The position numbers and the translations under genes are program-made. A stretch of 32,000 nt of DNA from Butyrivibrio sp. (GTDB lineage Bacteria; Bacillota; Clostridia; Lachnospirales; Lachnospiraceae), in NCBI GenBank assembly GCA_015056655.1, contig SVFV01000016.1:3866-35865 (forward strand), in the 5' to 3' direction. The notes below the pieces were generated by a model. The model had not been told where the DNA came from, ran no database searches, and worked only from the letters and a program-made list of their open reading frames with translations. Positions 17,527-25,318 of the stretch are shown piece by piece (positions within the stretch are counted from its first letter, which is position 1; the number at the start of each line of letters is the position of its first letter).

Positions 17527-18357
17527 ATGACGAACAAAGAATTGCAGAAGATTGCAAACGAAGTCCGCAAGGGCATTGTTACAGCTGTTCATGCAGCAGG
17601 AGCAGGTCATCCGGGCGGATCACTTTCAGCAGCAGATATCTTTACATATCTGTATTTTGAGGAGATGAATATAAATCCTGACGAGCCTAAGGATCCTAAC
17701 AGAGACCGTTTTGTACTTTCAAAGGGACACACAGCTCCTGGACTTTACTCTGTAATGGCACAGCGTGGATATTTCCCTGTAGAGGAGCTTAAGACTCTTC
17801 GTAAGCTTGGATCAAGACTTCAGGGACATCCCAGCATGCAGTACCTTCCTGGACTTGACATGTCTTCAGGATCACTTGGACAGGGTATTTCTGTAGCTTG
17901 TGGTATGGCACTTTCTGCAAAGCTTGATAATAAGGACTTCAGAACATATACACTTCTTGGCGATGGTGAGATCGAAGAAGGACAGGTTTGGGAGGCAGCT
18001 ATGTTCGCAGGCTTCCGTAAGCTTGATAACCTTGTAGTTATCGTTGATAACAACGGTCTTCAGATCGACGGACCTGTTGATGAGGTTTGCTCACCTTATC
18101 CTATCGATAAGAAGTTCGAGGCATTTAACTTCCATGTAATCAATATTGATGCACATGATTTTGATGCTATCAGAGCAGCATTTAAGGAAGCAAGAGAGAC
18201 AAAGGGACAGCCTACAGCTATTATTGCTCATTCAACAAAGGGTAAGGGCGTATCCTTCATGGAGAACCAGGTATCCTGGCATGGTGTTGCACCTAACGAT
18301 GAAGAGTATGCTAAGGCTATGGAAGATCTTGAGAAAATTGGTGCATCTTTAGAATAA
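17527..18357 (+). CDS. transketolase, N-terminal (TPP-binding) subunit
   Basis: 276-aa ORF with a GGAGG SD. It has 'GAGHPGGSLSAADI', 'DRFVLSKGH', 'GSLGQG' and 'GDGEIEEGQVWEA' split-transketolase motifs. Confidence 0.92.
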   Translation: MTNKELQKIANEVRKGIVTAVHAAGAGHPGGSLSAADIFTYLYFEEMNINPDEPKDPNRDRFVLSKGHTAPGLYSVMAQRGYFPVEELKTLRKLGSRLQGHPSMQYLPGLDMSSGSLGQGISVACGMALSAKLDNKDFRTYTLLGDGEIEEGQVWEAAMFAGFRKLDNLVVIVDNNGLQIDGPVDEVCSPYPIDKKFEAFNFHVINIDAHDFDAIRAAFKEARETKGQPTAIIAHSTKGKGVSFMENQVSWHGVAPNDEEYAKAMEDLEKIGASLE

Positions 18358-18373
18358 GATTTGGAGGTTAAAA

Positions 18374-19315
18374 ATGAGCGAAGTTAAGAAAATAGCTACC
18401 AGAGACAGTTACGGTAAAGAGCTTATCGAGCTGGCTAAGGTTAATGATAAGGTTGTAGTTCTTGACGCTGACCTTGCAGCAGCAACAAGAACAGGCTGGT
18501 TTAAAAAGGAATTCCCGGAGCGTCACATCGATTGCGGTATCGCAGAGTGTAACATGATGGGTATTGCAGCAGGTCTTGCTACAACAGGAAAGATTCCTTT
18601 TGTCAGCACATTTGCAATGTTTGCAACAGGACGTGCTTTCGAGCAGGTTCGTAACTCAATCGGATATCCCCACCTCAACGTTAAGATTGGCGGAACACAC
18701 GCTGGTATCACTGTAGGTGAGGACGGAGCAAGCCATCAGTGTAACGAGGACCTTGCTCTTATGCGCACAATCCCTGGCATGGTTGTTATGTGCCCTGCTG
18801 ATGATATCGAAGCAAGAGCTTGCGTACGCGCAGCTGCTGAGCACGAAGGCCCTGTTTACATCCGTTTCGGACGTGCAGCTTGCCCTGTAGTTAATGACAG
18901 ACCTGATTACAAGTTTGAGCTTGGTAAGGGAACAGTACTTCGTGAGGGTACAGATGTAAGTATCATCGCTACAGGTATTGGTGTAGGTTCTGCTCTTGAA
19001 GCAGCTGAGAAGCTTGCAGCAGATGGAATCAGCGCAGAGGTAGTTAACATCTGCACAATTAAGCCTATCGACAGAGAGCTTGTTGTTGCAACAGCTAAGA
19101 AGACAGGCAAGGTTGTTACAGTTGAAGAGCACTCAGTAATCGGCGGACTTGGAAGCGCAGTTTGCGACGTACTTGCTGAAGAGTGTCCTACAGTTGTCAA
19201 GAAGATTGGTATGCAGGATAGATACGGTGAATCCGGTTCTGCTAGCGATCTTGTTAAGAAGTATGGCCTTGATGGTGAGGGTGTTTACAACTCAGTTAAA
19301 GAGTTCTTAAAGTAA
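18374..19315 (+). CDS. transketolase, C-terminal (pyrimidine-binding) subunit
   Basis: 313-aa ORF with a GGAGG SD. 'FPERHIDCGIAECNMMGIAAGLA', 'GGTHAGITVGEDGASHQ' and 'RFGRA' are typical of the split Tkt C-subunit. Confidence 0.92.
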   Translation: MSEVKKIATRDSYGKELIELAKVNDKVVVLDADLAAATRTGWFKKEFPERHIDCGIAECNMMGIAAGLATTGKIPFVSTFAMFATGRAFEQVRNSIGYPHLNVKIGGTHAGITVGEDGASHQCNEDLALMRTIPGMVVMCPADDIEARACVRAAAEHEGPVYIRFGRAACPVVNDRPDYKFELGKGTVLREGTDVSIIATGIGVGSALEAAEKLAADGISAEVVNICTIKPIDRELVVATAKKTGKVVTVEEHSVIGGLGSAVCDVLAEECPTVVKKIGMQDRYGESGSASDLVKKYGLDGEGVYNSVKEFLK

Positions 19316-19330
19316 TTTGTATTTGACTTA

Positions 19331-19367
19331 CAGCCCGCATATATGATATATGTGGGCTGTTGTTTTA
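19331..19367 (+). terminator. intrinsic terminator after the transketolase genes
   Basis: 12-bp stem CAGCCCGCATAT / ATATGTGGGCTG (one G.U pair) followed by TTGTTTT. Confidence 0.8.
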
Positions 19368-19394
19368 TAGAGTTTTTTGAAGGGACTTTTTATC

Positions 19395-20042
19395 ATGAAT
19401 ATTCTTGCACCATCAATACTATCAGCAGATTTTACAATACTCGGAGAACAGATAAAAAAGACCGAGGCAGCAGGTGCCAGGTATCTGCACTTTGATGTTA
19501 TGGATGGCATTTTTGTTCCATCTATATCCTTTGGACTTCCAGTACTTAAGTCCATTCGTAAAGCGTCAAATCAGGTCTATGATGTTCACCTCATGATAGA
19601 GGAACCAATCAGATATATAGAAGAGTTTGCGAAAGCTGGAGCTGACATAATAACTTTTCATATAGAAGCAGCTTCTGATCCCAGAGAAGTTATCGATAAG
19701 ATCAAGAGCTGTGGCAAAAAAGCAGGACTTGCTATAAAGCCCAAAACACCGGTAGAAGCCATAAAGCCTTATTTAGAGCATGTGGATATGATACTGGTAA
19801 TGACCGTTGAACCCGGGTTTGGCGGACAAAAATATATTGATTACTGCACAGACAAGGTACGTGAAACAAGAGAGATGATTACAGAAGCTGGATTATCAGT
19901 TGATGTTGAGATAGATGGAGGCGTAACTGCTGACAATATTCAGATACCACTTGAAGCCGGAGCAAATGTAATAGTTGCAGGCTCAGCAGTATTCAATGGA
20001 GACATTGATGAGAACATAGCAAATCTTTCATCAAAAATGTAA
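19395..20042 (+). CDS. rpe: ribulose-phosphate 3-epimerase
   Basis: I prefer ATG 19395 (MNILAPSILSADF...) over the TTG at 19377. It has 'LHFDVMDG.FVP', 'DVHLM' and 'VEPGFGGQK' Rpe signatures. Confidence 0.9.
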   Translation: MNILAPSILSADFTILGEQIKKTEAAGARYLHFDVMDGIFVPSISFGLPVLKSIRKASNQVYDVHLMIEEPIRYIEEFAKAGADIITFHIEAASDPREVIDKIKSCGKKAGLAIKPKTPVEAIKPYLEHVDMILVMTVEPGFGGQKYIDYCTDKVRETREMITEAGLSVDVEIDGGVTADNIQIPLEAGANVIVAGSAVFNGDIDENIANLSSKM

Positions 20043-20074
20043 GCTTTGCTACATAAATGAAAAACAATAACCAG

Positions 20075-20127
20075 AATGCACTTTCAAAGTCTGGGCGCTT
20101 GCCTGACCTTAGGGTGCATTTTGCTTT
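20075..20127 (+). terminator. probable intrinsic terminator after rpe (long imperfect hairpin)
   Basis: The outer stem AATGCAC / GTGCATT encloses an imperfect GC-containing inner stem (GTCTGG / CCTGAC) and is followed by TTTTGCTTTGTT. Confidence 0.45.
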
Positions 20128-20128
20128 G

Positions 20129-20157
20129 TTGACAATAATCTTTTTAGAAGGCATACT
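20129..20157 (+). promoter_or_regulatory. candidate sigma-A promoter for map-metG
   Basis: Perfect -35 TTGACA (20129-20134), a 17-nt spacer and a weak -10 CATACT (20152-20157). Confidence 0.3.
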
Positions 20158-20226
20158 AAATAGTGATTTTCCAGCTTAAAATGAAACATTAACAAGTGGA
20201 AATGGTAGGAGTAGAAAGGTCGAAGG

Positions 20227-21102
20227 ATGTATAAGAAGATTGAGAGAAATGCACCCTGCTGGTGCGGAAGTGGCAAGAAGTATAAAAGTTGTCACGAAGC
20301 CTTTGATGACAAGATTATAGGCTTCGAGCGAATGGGACATATCGTCCCGAAGAGATCACTTATAAAATCAGAAAAAGATATCCTGGGAATTAAGGAGAGT
20401 GCCAAGATCAATATGGCCTGCCTCGATGAGGTTGCTGACAAGATCAAGGCTGGAATGAGTACTCAGGACATAGACGATATCGTAGCAGATGTCACAAGGA
20501 AAATGGGAGGCATTGCAGCGCCTCTTAACTACGAAGGATTTCCCAAGAGCGTGTGCACATCAATTAATGATATGGTATGCCATGGTATCCCTTCAAAAGA
20601 TGATATCCTGCAGGATGGAGACATCATTAACGTTGACTGCTCTACCATTTTAAATGGATATTATGCTGATTCTTCTCGAATGTTCTGCATCGGTGATGTG
20701 GATCCCGAGTGGAAGAAACTGGTGGATGTTACAAAGGAAGCCATGGAGATTGGTATCAAGGCTGTTAAGCCCTGGACACCTCTTGGAGACATGGGCGACG
20801 CGGTGCATCAGCATGCTTTAAAGCATGGATACACTGTTGTACGTGAGATTGGCGGACATGGATGTGGCAAGGAATTCCATGAGGAGCCATTTGTAAGCTT
20901 TGTAAGTAAGCCTGGTACAGAGATGATCATGGTACCTGGAATGGTATTTACAATAGAGCCCATGATCAACATGGGAACAGACAGAATTTTCGTAGACGAA
21001 GAAAATGACTGGACTGTTTACACTGAAGATGGCGCACCGTCAGCTCAGTGGGAAGTTGAACTTGTAGTTACAGAAGATGGCTGCGAGCTTCTTTGCTGGT
21101 AA
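20227..21102 (+). CDS. map: type I methionyl aminopeptidase with N-terminal SEC-C zinc motif
   Basis: 291-aa ORF. The N-terminus has 'CWCGSGKKYKSCH' (SEC-C). The MetAP core has 'VCHGIP', 'DGDIINVD', 'DSSRMF', 'GGHG.G..FHE' and 'FTIEPM' metal-ligand motifs. Confidence 0.9.
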   Translation: MYKKIERNAPCWCGSGKKYKSCHEAFDDKIIGFERMGHIVPKRSLIKSEKDILGIKESAKINMACLDEVADKIKAGMSTQDIDDIVADVTRKMGGIAAPLNYEGFPKSVCTSINDMVCHGIPSKDDILQDGDIINVDCSTILNGYYADSSRMFCIGDVDPEWKKLVDVTKEAMEIGIKAVKPWTPLGDMGDAVHQHALKHGYTVVREIGGHGCGKEFHEEPFVSFVSKPGTEMIMVPGMVFTIEPMINMGTDRIFVDEENDWTVYTEDGAPSAQWEVELVVTEDGCELLCW

Positions 21103-21128
21103 ATAAAATCTAAGGAGATTTCTATATA

Positions 21129-23189
21129 ATGCAGAATAAAGGAAAATACTACATTACTACAGCAATTGCCTACACATCAGGAAAACCTCATATCGGTAAC
21201 AGCTATGAGATAATCCTTGCAGATGCAATTGCAAGATATAAAAGAAGAGATGGATATGATGTTCATTTCCAGACTGGTTCTGATGAGCATGGCCAGAAGA
21301 TAGAGACAAGAGCTATCGAGGCTGGATGCAGCAGCCCCAAGGAATTCGTTGATGGCGTTGCAGGCACAATCAAGGGCCTTTGGGATATGATGGACACTTC
21401 TTATGATCGTTTCATCAGAACAACTGATGAGGACCATGTAAAGCAGGTTCAGAAGATTTTCAAGAAGTTCTACGATCAGGGAGATATCTATAAGGGTTCC
21501 TACAAAGGAATGTATTGTACAGAGTGTGAGGCATTCTACACAGAGTCTCAGCTTGTAGATGGCAAGTGTCCTGAGTGCGGAAGTGATGTACATCCCGCTG
21601 AGGAGGAAGCATACTTCTTCAAAATGAGCAAGTACGCTCCTGCACTTATTGACCATATCAACAGCCATCCTGAGTTCATTCAGCCTGTATCAAGAAAGAA
21701 TGAGATGATGAACAACTTCCTTCTTCCGGGACTTCAGGATCTTTGCGTATCCAGAACCTCATTCAAGTGGGGAATTCCTGTAAGCTTTGATGAGAAGCAT
21801 GTTGTTTATGTATGGCTTGATGCGCTTACAAACTATATCACAGGTATCGGCTATGACGTTGATAACAGCAGCGAAGACTACAAGAAGTGGTGGCCTGCTG
21901 ACCTTCACCTTATTGGTAAGGACATTATCCGTTTCCATACAATTTACTGGCCCATCTTCCTTCTTGCACTTGGTGAGCCTCTTCCGAAGCAGGTATTCGG
22001 ACATCCCTGGCTCCTTCAGGGCGGCGAGAAGATGAGTAAGAGTAAGGGAAATGTTATCTATGCAGATGACCTTGTAAGTCTCTTTGGAGTAGATCCTGTT
22101 AAATACTTCGTTCTTCATGAGATGCCTTATGAAAACGACGGTGTTATCACATGGGAACTCCTTGTTGAGAGATATAACTCTGACCTTGCAAACACACTTG
22201 GAAACCTCGTAAACCGTACAATTGCAATGTCAAACAAGTACTTTGACGGCGTTGTTGCTGATAAGAAGGTTGAGGGCGGTGTTGATGCAGACCTCAAGGC
22301 TGTTGTAACAGGCGCTTATGATAAGGTTGAGGAAAAGATGAACGAGCTTCGCGTAGCTGATGCTCTTACAGAAATCTTCACAGTATTCAAGCGTTGCAAC
22401 AAATATATTGATGAGACAGAGCCGTGGAACCTTGCAAAGGACGAAGCACAGTCAGACAGACTTGCAACAGTTCTTTATAACCTTGTAGAGGGTATCACAA
22501 TTGGCGCAAGCCTTCTTGAGCCCTTCATGCCCAGAACAGCTGCAAAGATTTTTGAGCAGCTTGGCACAACTTGTCGTGACTTTGATACACTTTCACAGTT
22601 CGGTTTATTTGAGAGTGGCACAAAGCTTACAGATACACCTGAGCAGCTTTTCGCAAGAAAAGACCTCGATGCTGTACTTGCTGATGCAGCAAAGATTACT
22701 GAGAAGCAGAAGGCAGAGTACTTTGAGGCTCAGAAGAGAGCAAAGGAAAACCTTACAAAGGCTGGAATGCTCAGAGAAGCAAATGCTATTAACCTTGGCG
22801 GCGACGAAGGAAGCGCTGAGGATGAGGCAGCAGCATCAGACGGAATCGATATTCCTGCAAAGGATGAGATCACCTTTGATGATTTCATGAAGATGCAGTT
22901 CCAGGTTGGTGAGATTGTAGCCTGCGAAGCAGTTGAGAAGTCAAAGAAGCTTCTTTGCTCACAGGTTAAGATCGGAAGCCAGACAAAGCAGATTGTTTCC
23001 GGAATCCGTAAGTACTATTCGCCTGAGGAGATGGTTGGTAAGAAGGTAATGGTTCTTGTAAACCTTAAGCCGGCTATGCTTGCAGGTGTTAAGTCAGAAG
23101 GAATGCTTCTTTGTGCAGAAGATGCTGAGGGCAACCTTGCACTTATGACACCCGAGAAGACAATGCCTTCAGGAGCAGAAATTTGCTAA
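21129..23189 (+). CDS. metG: methionine--tRNA ligase with C-terminal tRNA-binding (Trbp111/EMAP-like) domain
   Basis: 686-aa ORF. It has 'YITTAIAYTSGKPHIGN' (HIGH), the zinc knuckle 'CTECEAFY...CPECGS', 'KMSKSKGN' (KMSKS), and the C-terminal 'FMKMQFQVGEIVACE...' OB-fold. Confidence 0.93.
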   Translation: MQNKGKYYITTAIAYTSGKPHIGNSYEIILADAIARYKRRDGYDVHFQTGSDEHGQKIETRAIEAGCSSPKEFVDGVAGTIKGLWDMMDTSYDRFIRTTDEDHVKQVQKIFKKFYDQGDIYKGSYKGMYCTECEAFYTESQLVDGKCPECGSDVHPAEEEAYFFKMSKYAPALIDHINSHPEFIQPVSRKNEMMNNFLLPGLQDLCVSRTSFKWGIPVSFDEKHVVYVWLDALTNYITGIGYDVDNSSEDYKKWWPADLHLIGKDIIRFHTIYWPIFLLALGEPLPKQVFGHPWLLQGGEKMSKSKGNVIYADDLVSLFGVDPVKYFVLHEMPYENDGVITWELLVERYNSDLANTLGNLVNRTIAMSNKYFDGVVADKKVEGGVDADLKAVVTGAYDKVEEKMNELRVADALTEIFTVFKRCNKYIDETEPWNLAKDEAQSDRLATVLYNLVEGITIGASLLEPFMPRTAAKIFEQLGTTCRDFDTLSQFGLFESGTKLTDTPEQLFARKDLDAVLADAAKITEKQKAEYFEAQKRAKENLTKAGMLREANAINLGGDEGSAEDEAAASDGIDIPAKDEITFDDFMKMQFQVGEIVACEAVEKSKKLLCSQVKIGSQTKQIVSGIRKYYSPEEMVGKKVMVLVNLKPAMLAGVKSEGMLLCAEDAEGNLALMTPEKTMPSGAEIC

Positions 23190-23196
23190 AAGTAAT

Positions 23197-23263
23197 CACC
23201 AAGCGAGGTATTTTCGAGCTTGGTGTACTACTTTGTTCTGTCGAACGAAGTGAGAGCAGAACT
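23197..23263. repeat. twin-hairpin intergenic repeat, copy 2 (8 nt after the metG stop)
   Basis: Hairpin 1 is CACCAAGC...GCTTGGTG with loop GAGGTATTTTCGA. Hairpin 2 is GTTCTG...CAGAAC with a 16-nt loop. It is homologous to 17330-17395. Confidence 0.6.
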
Positions 23264-23295
23264 ACATTTTCATTTATTAAAAGTTTCTTAACTCT

Positions 23296-23324
23296 TTGAC
23301 GTTTTAGTGTTCATAAGATATACT
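23296..23324 (+). promoter_or_regulatory. candidate sigma-A promoter for the alpha/beta hydrolase gene
   Basis: TTGACG (23296-23301), a 17-nt spacer and TATACT (23319-23324), about 40 nt upstream of ATG 23366. Confidence 0.5.
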
Positions 23325-23365
23325 TAAATTAGTAAATTTTCACTAAATGAAAGTGAGGGGATTTT

Positions 23366-24304
23366 ATGCCGCGCAAAGAGGAACTTACTTATAAATCCAG
23401 AGACAGAGAAACCACTATTCATGCGATCAGATGGATACCGGATGATAAGCCTGTAGCTATTTTACAGATTATTCATGGAATGCAGGAATTTATCGACCGT
23501 TATGATGAGTTTGCTAACTATATGGCAAATAATGGTATTTTGGTTATTGGTAATGACCATTTGGGACACGGTGGATCAATCTCTGAAAAAGTACCCTATG
23601 GATACTTCTGCAAGAATGATCCTGCGACAGTTCTTCTTAGAGATGCTCATAGACTTAAGAAGATGACACAGGAAGAATATCCTGGAATCCCCGTTATCCT
23701 TATGGGACATAGCTTTGGTTCATTTATTGCCAGAGAGTATCTTACAAGATACGGCACAGGTATCCAGGGCGCTATCATTCAGGGAACAGGAATGATTCCT
23801 TCCGGTAAGCTTAAATCCGCTAAGGGTCTGGCAGCATTTATCAGTGCTATGCTCGGTGAGAAGCATCGTTCTACTTTCCTTAATAACACCGCTTTCAAGG
23901 GATATTTGAGAAGAATCCAGAATCCCAAGACAAAGTTTGATTGGCTTTCACACAATGAGGAAAGTGTTAATAAGTACATAAACGATCCCAGAGATAATTT
24001 CGTTTTCACAGCTAACGGATTTGAGACTTTGTTTGAAGTAATCACCAGAGTTCAGGACCTTGGCAAGATGGAAGATATTCCGAAGAAGCTTCCTATCCTT
24101 CTTACGGCAGGTAGAGAGGATCCCGTTGGTAACTACGGCGAGGATATTAACCAGCTTTACAGAATCTGGACAGAGCAGATTGGTCTTACAAATGTAGAGC
24201 TTAAGCTCTATGATGGAATGAGACATGAGCTTCAGCAGGAGATTGGCAGAGAGACAGTATTTGCTGATCAGCTGGCATGGATTAAAAAGACACTTGGTCT
24301 GTAA
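23366..24304 (+). CDS. alpha/beta hydrolase (lysophospholipase/monoacylglycerol-lipase-like)
   Basis: 312-aa ORF with a GAGGGG SD. It has 'HGMQEFIDRYDEFANYMANNGI.V.GNDHLGHGGS', the nucleophile elbow 'GHSFGS', and a C-terminal 'MRHE' His region. Confidence 0.8.
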   Translation: MPRKEELTYKSRDRETTIHAIRWIPDDKPVAILQIIHGMQEFIDRYDEFANYMANNGILVIGNDHLGHGGSISEKVPYGYFCKNDPATVLLRDAHRLKKMTQEEYPGIPVILMGHSFGSFIAREYLTRYGTGIQGAIIQGTGMIPSGKLKSAKGLAAFISAMLGEKHRSTFLNNTAFKGYLRRIQNPKTKFDWLSHNEESVNKYINDPRDNFVFTANGFETLFEVITRVQDLGKMEDIPKKLPILLTAGREDPVGNYGEDINQLYRIWTEQIGLTNVELKLYDGMRHELQQEIGRETVFADQLAWIKKTLGL

Positions 24305-24329
24305 TCACAAAAAAATAGTAATGAATTAA

Positions 24330-24367
24330 TAGCCTAAGCATGATAGAATTGTGCTTAGGCTATTTTT
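24330..24367 (+). terminator. intrinsic terminator after the hydrolase gene
   Basis: 11-bp perfect stem TAGCCTAAGCA / TGCTTAGGCTA with an 11-nt loop and a T5 run. Confidence 0.8.
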
Positions 24368-24392
24368 ACGTTTAGATTAGGAGTTAAGAGTT

Positions 24393-25103
24393 ATGGGTAA
24401 AATATTTGATCTTGATAGCCCTCTGATGAGGGTTTTGAACAGAATTGCGGATCTGATGATCCTGAACGTTGTGGTGCTTTTCTTCGTGTTTGTACCTTTC
24501 ACAGGTGGAGCAGCACTTACAGGTATGCACTACGTGCTTCTTAAAATGGTAAGAGATGAAGAGACTTATGTAGTAAAGGGCTTTTGGAAATCCTTTAAGC
24601 AGAACTTCAAGCAGGCAACAATTCTCTGGATAATTATTGCTGCTATTTCAGCAGTACTTGGAATGGACTTTTTGTGGATTCGTACAAACATTGATGTGAT
24701 GCCCAGGATTTATGTATATGTAATGCTTGGTGTTACACTTCTTCTTTACATGGTTGCGCAGTACATATTCCCTCTGCAGTCACGCTTTGAGAATCCTATT
24801 AAGAACACACTCAAGAATTCAGTAATGTTCTCTATTTTAGGACTTCCCAGAACAGTAGGAATGGCAATTGTTTCATTTATCCCGCTGATCCTTTTGTACT
24901 TCTTTGATATGAAGATCCTTCCTATCATCATATTGTTTGGATTTTCAGCACCTGCTTATCTTCAGGCACTTTTGTACAATGGTCTTTTCAAGCGCTTTGA
25001 GCCCAAGGTCGAGGAGCAGGAAGAGACTCATATTGATGATGAAGATGACGAAGAACTTCAGGCTGCTATAAAGAGATTACAGGAAGCAAGAGACAAAAAA
25101 TAA
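24393..25103 (+). CDS. YesL/DUF624-family integral membrane protein
   Basis: 236-aa ORF with an AGGAG SD. The N-terminus 'F.LDSPLMRVLNRIADLMILNVVVLFF' is followed by ~5 TM segments typical of DUF624. The C-terminal tail is acidic (EEQEETHIDDEDDEE). Confidence 0.7.
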   Translation: MGKIFDLDSPLMRVLNRIADLMILNVVVLFFVFVPFTGGAALTGMHYVLLKMVRDEETYVVKGFWKSFKQNFKQATILWIIIAAISAVLGMDFLWIRTNIDVMPRIYVYVMLGVTLLLYMVAQYIFPLQSRFENPIKNTLKNSVMFSILGLPRTVGMAIVSFIPLILLYFFDMKILPIIILFGFSAPAYLQALLYNGLFKRFEPKVEEQEETHIDDEDDEELQAAIKRLQEARDKK

Positions 25104-25229
25104 CTCATTTGTTGTTAAATTGCACATAAGAATTTATAAAATATATGCAAACAGACGAAGAGAGTTTATAAAAATTTTGTAAATGAGCAAAACTTACAAC
25201 GATGTACCAAATCTTTGTATAATAGTTGC

Positions 25230-25265
25230 ATAGCCAAAGCATAACGCTTTGGCTATACTTTTTTT
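25230..25265 (+). terminator. terminator-like hairpin plus T7 between yesL-like and the ABC ATPase gene
   Basis: 11-bp stem ATAGCCAAAGC / GCTTTGGCTAT with a 5-nt loop, then TAC and T7 (25259-25265). It starts about 7 nt after a TATAAT box (25218-25223). Confidence 0.6.
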
Positions 25266-25318
25266 ATGCACAAAATAAAACGTGCGTCGTCCATTTACAT
25301 AAGAGGAGGAAAAGGAAA

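Noticed and set aside
25226-25318. 31-codon N-terminal extension of the ABC ATPase ORF (MHSQSITLWLYFFYAQNK...).
   Set aside because: The extension spans the terminator-like hairpin and T-run and has no RBS. ATG 25319 has a GAGGAGG SD and yields the canonical MsmK-type N-terminus.
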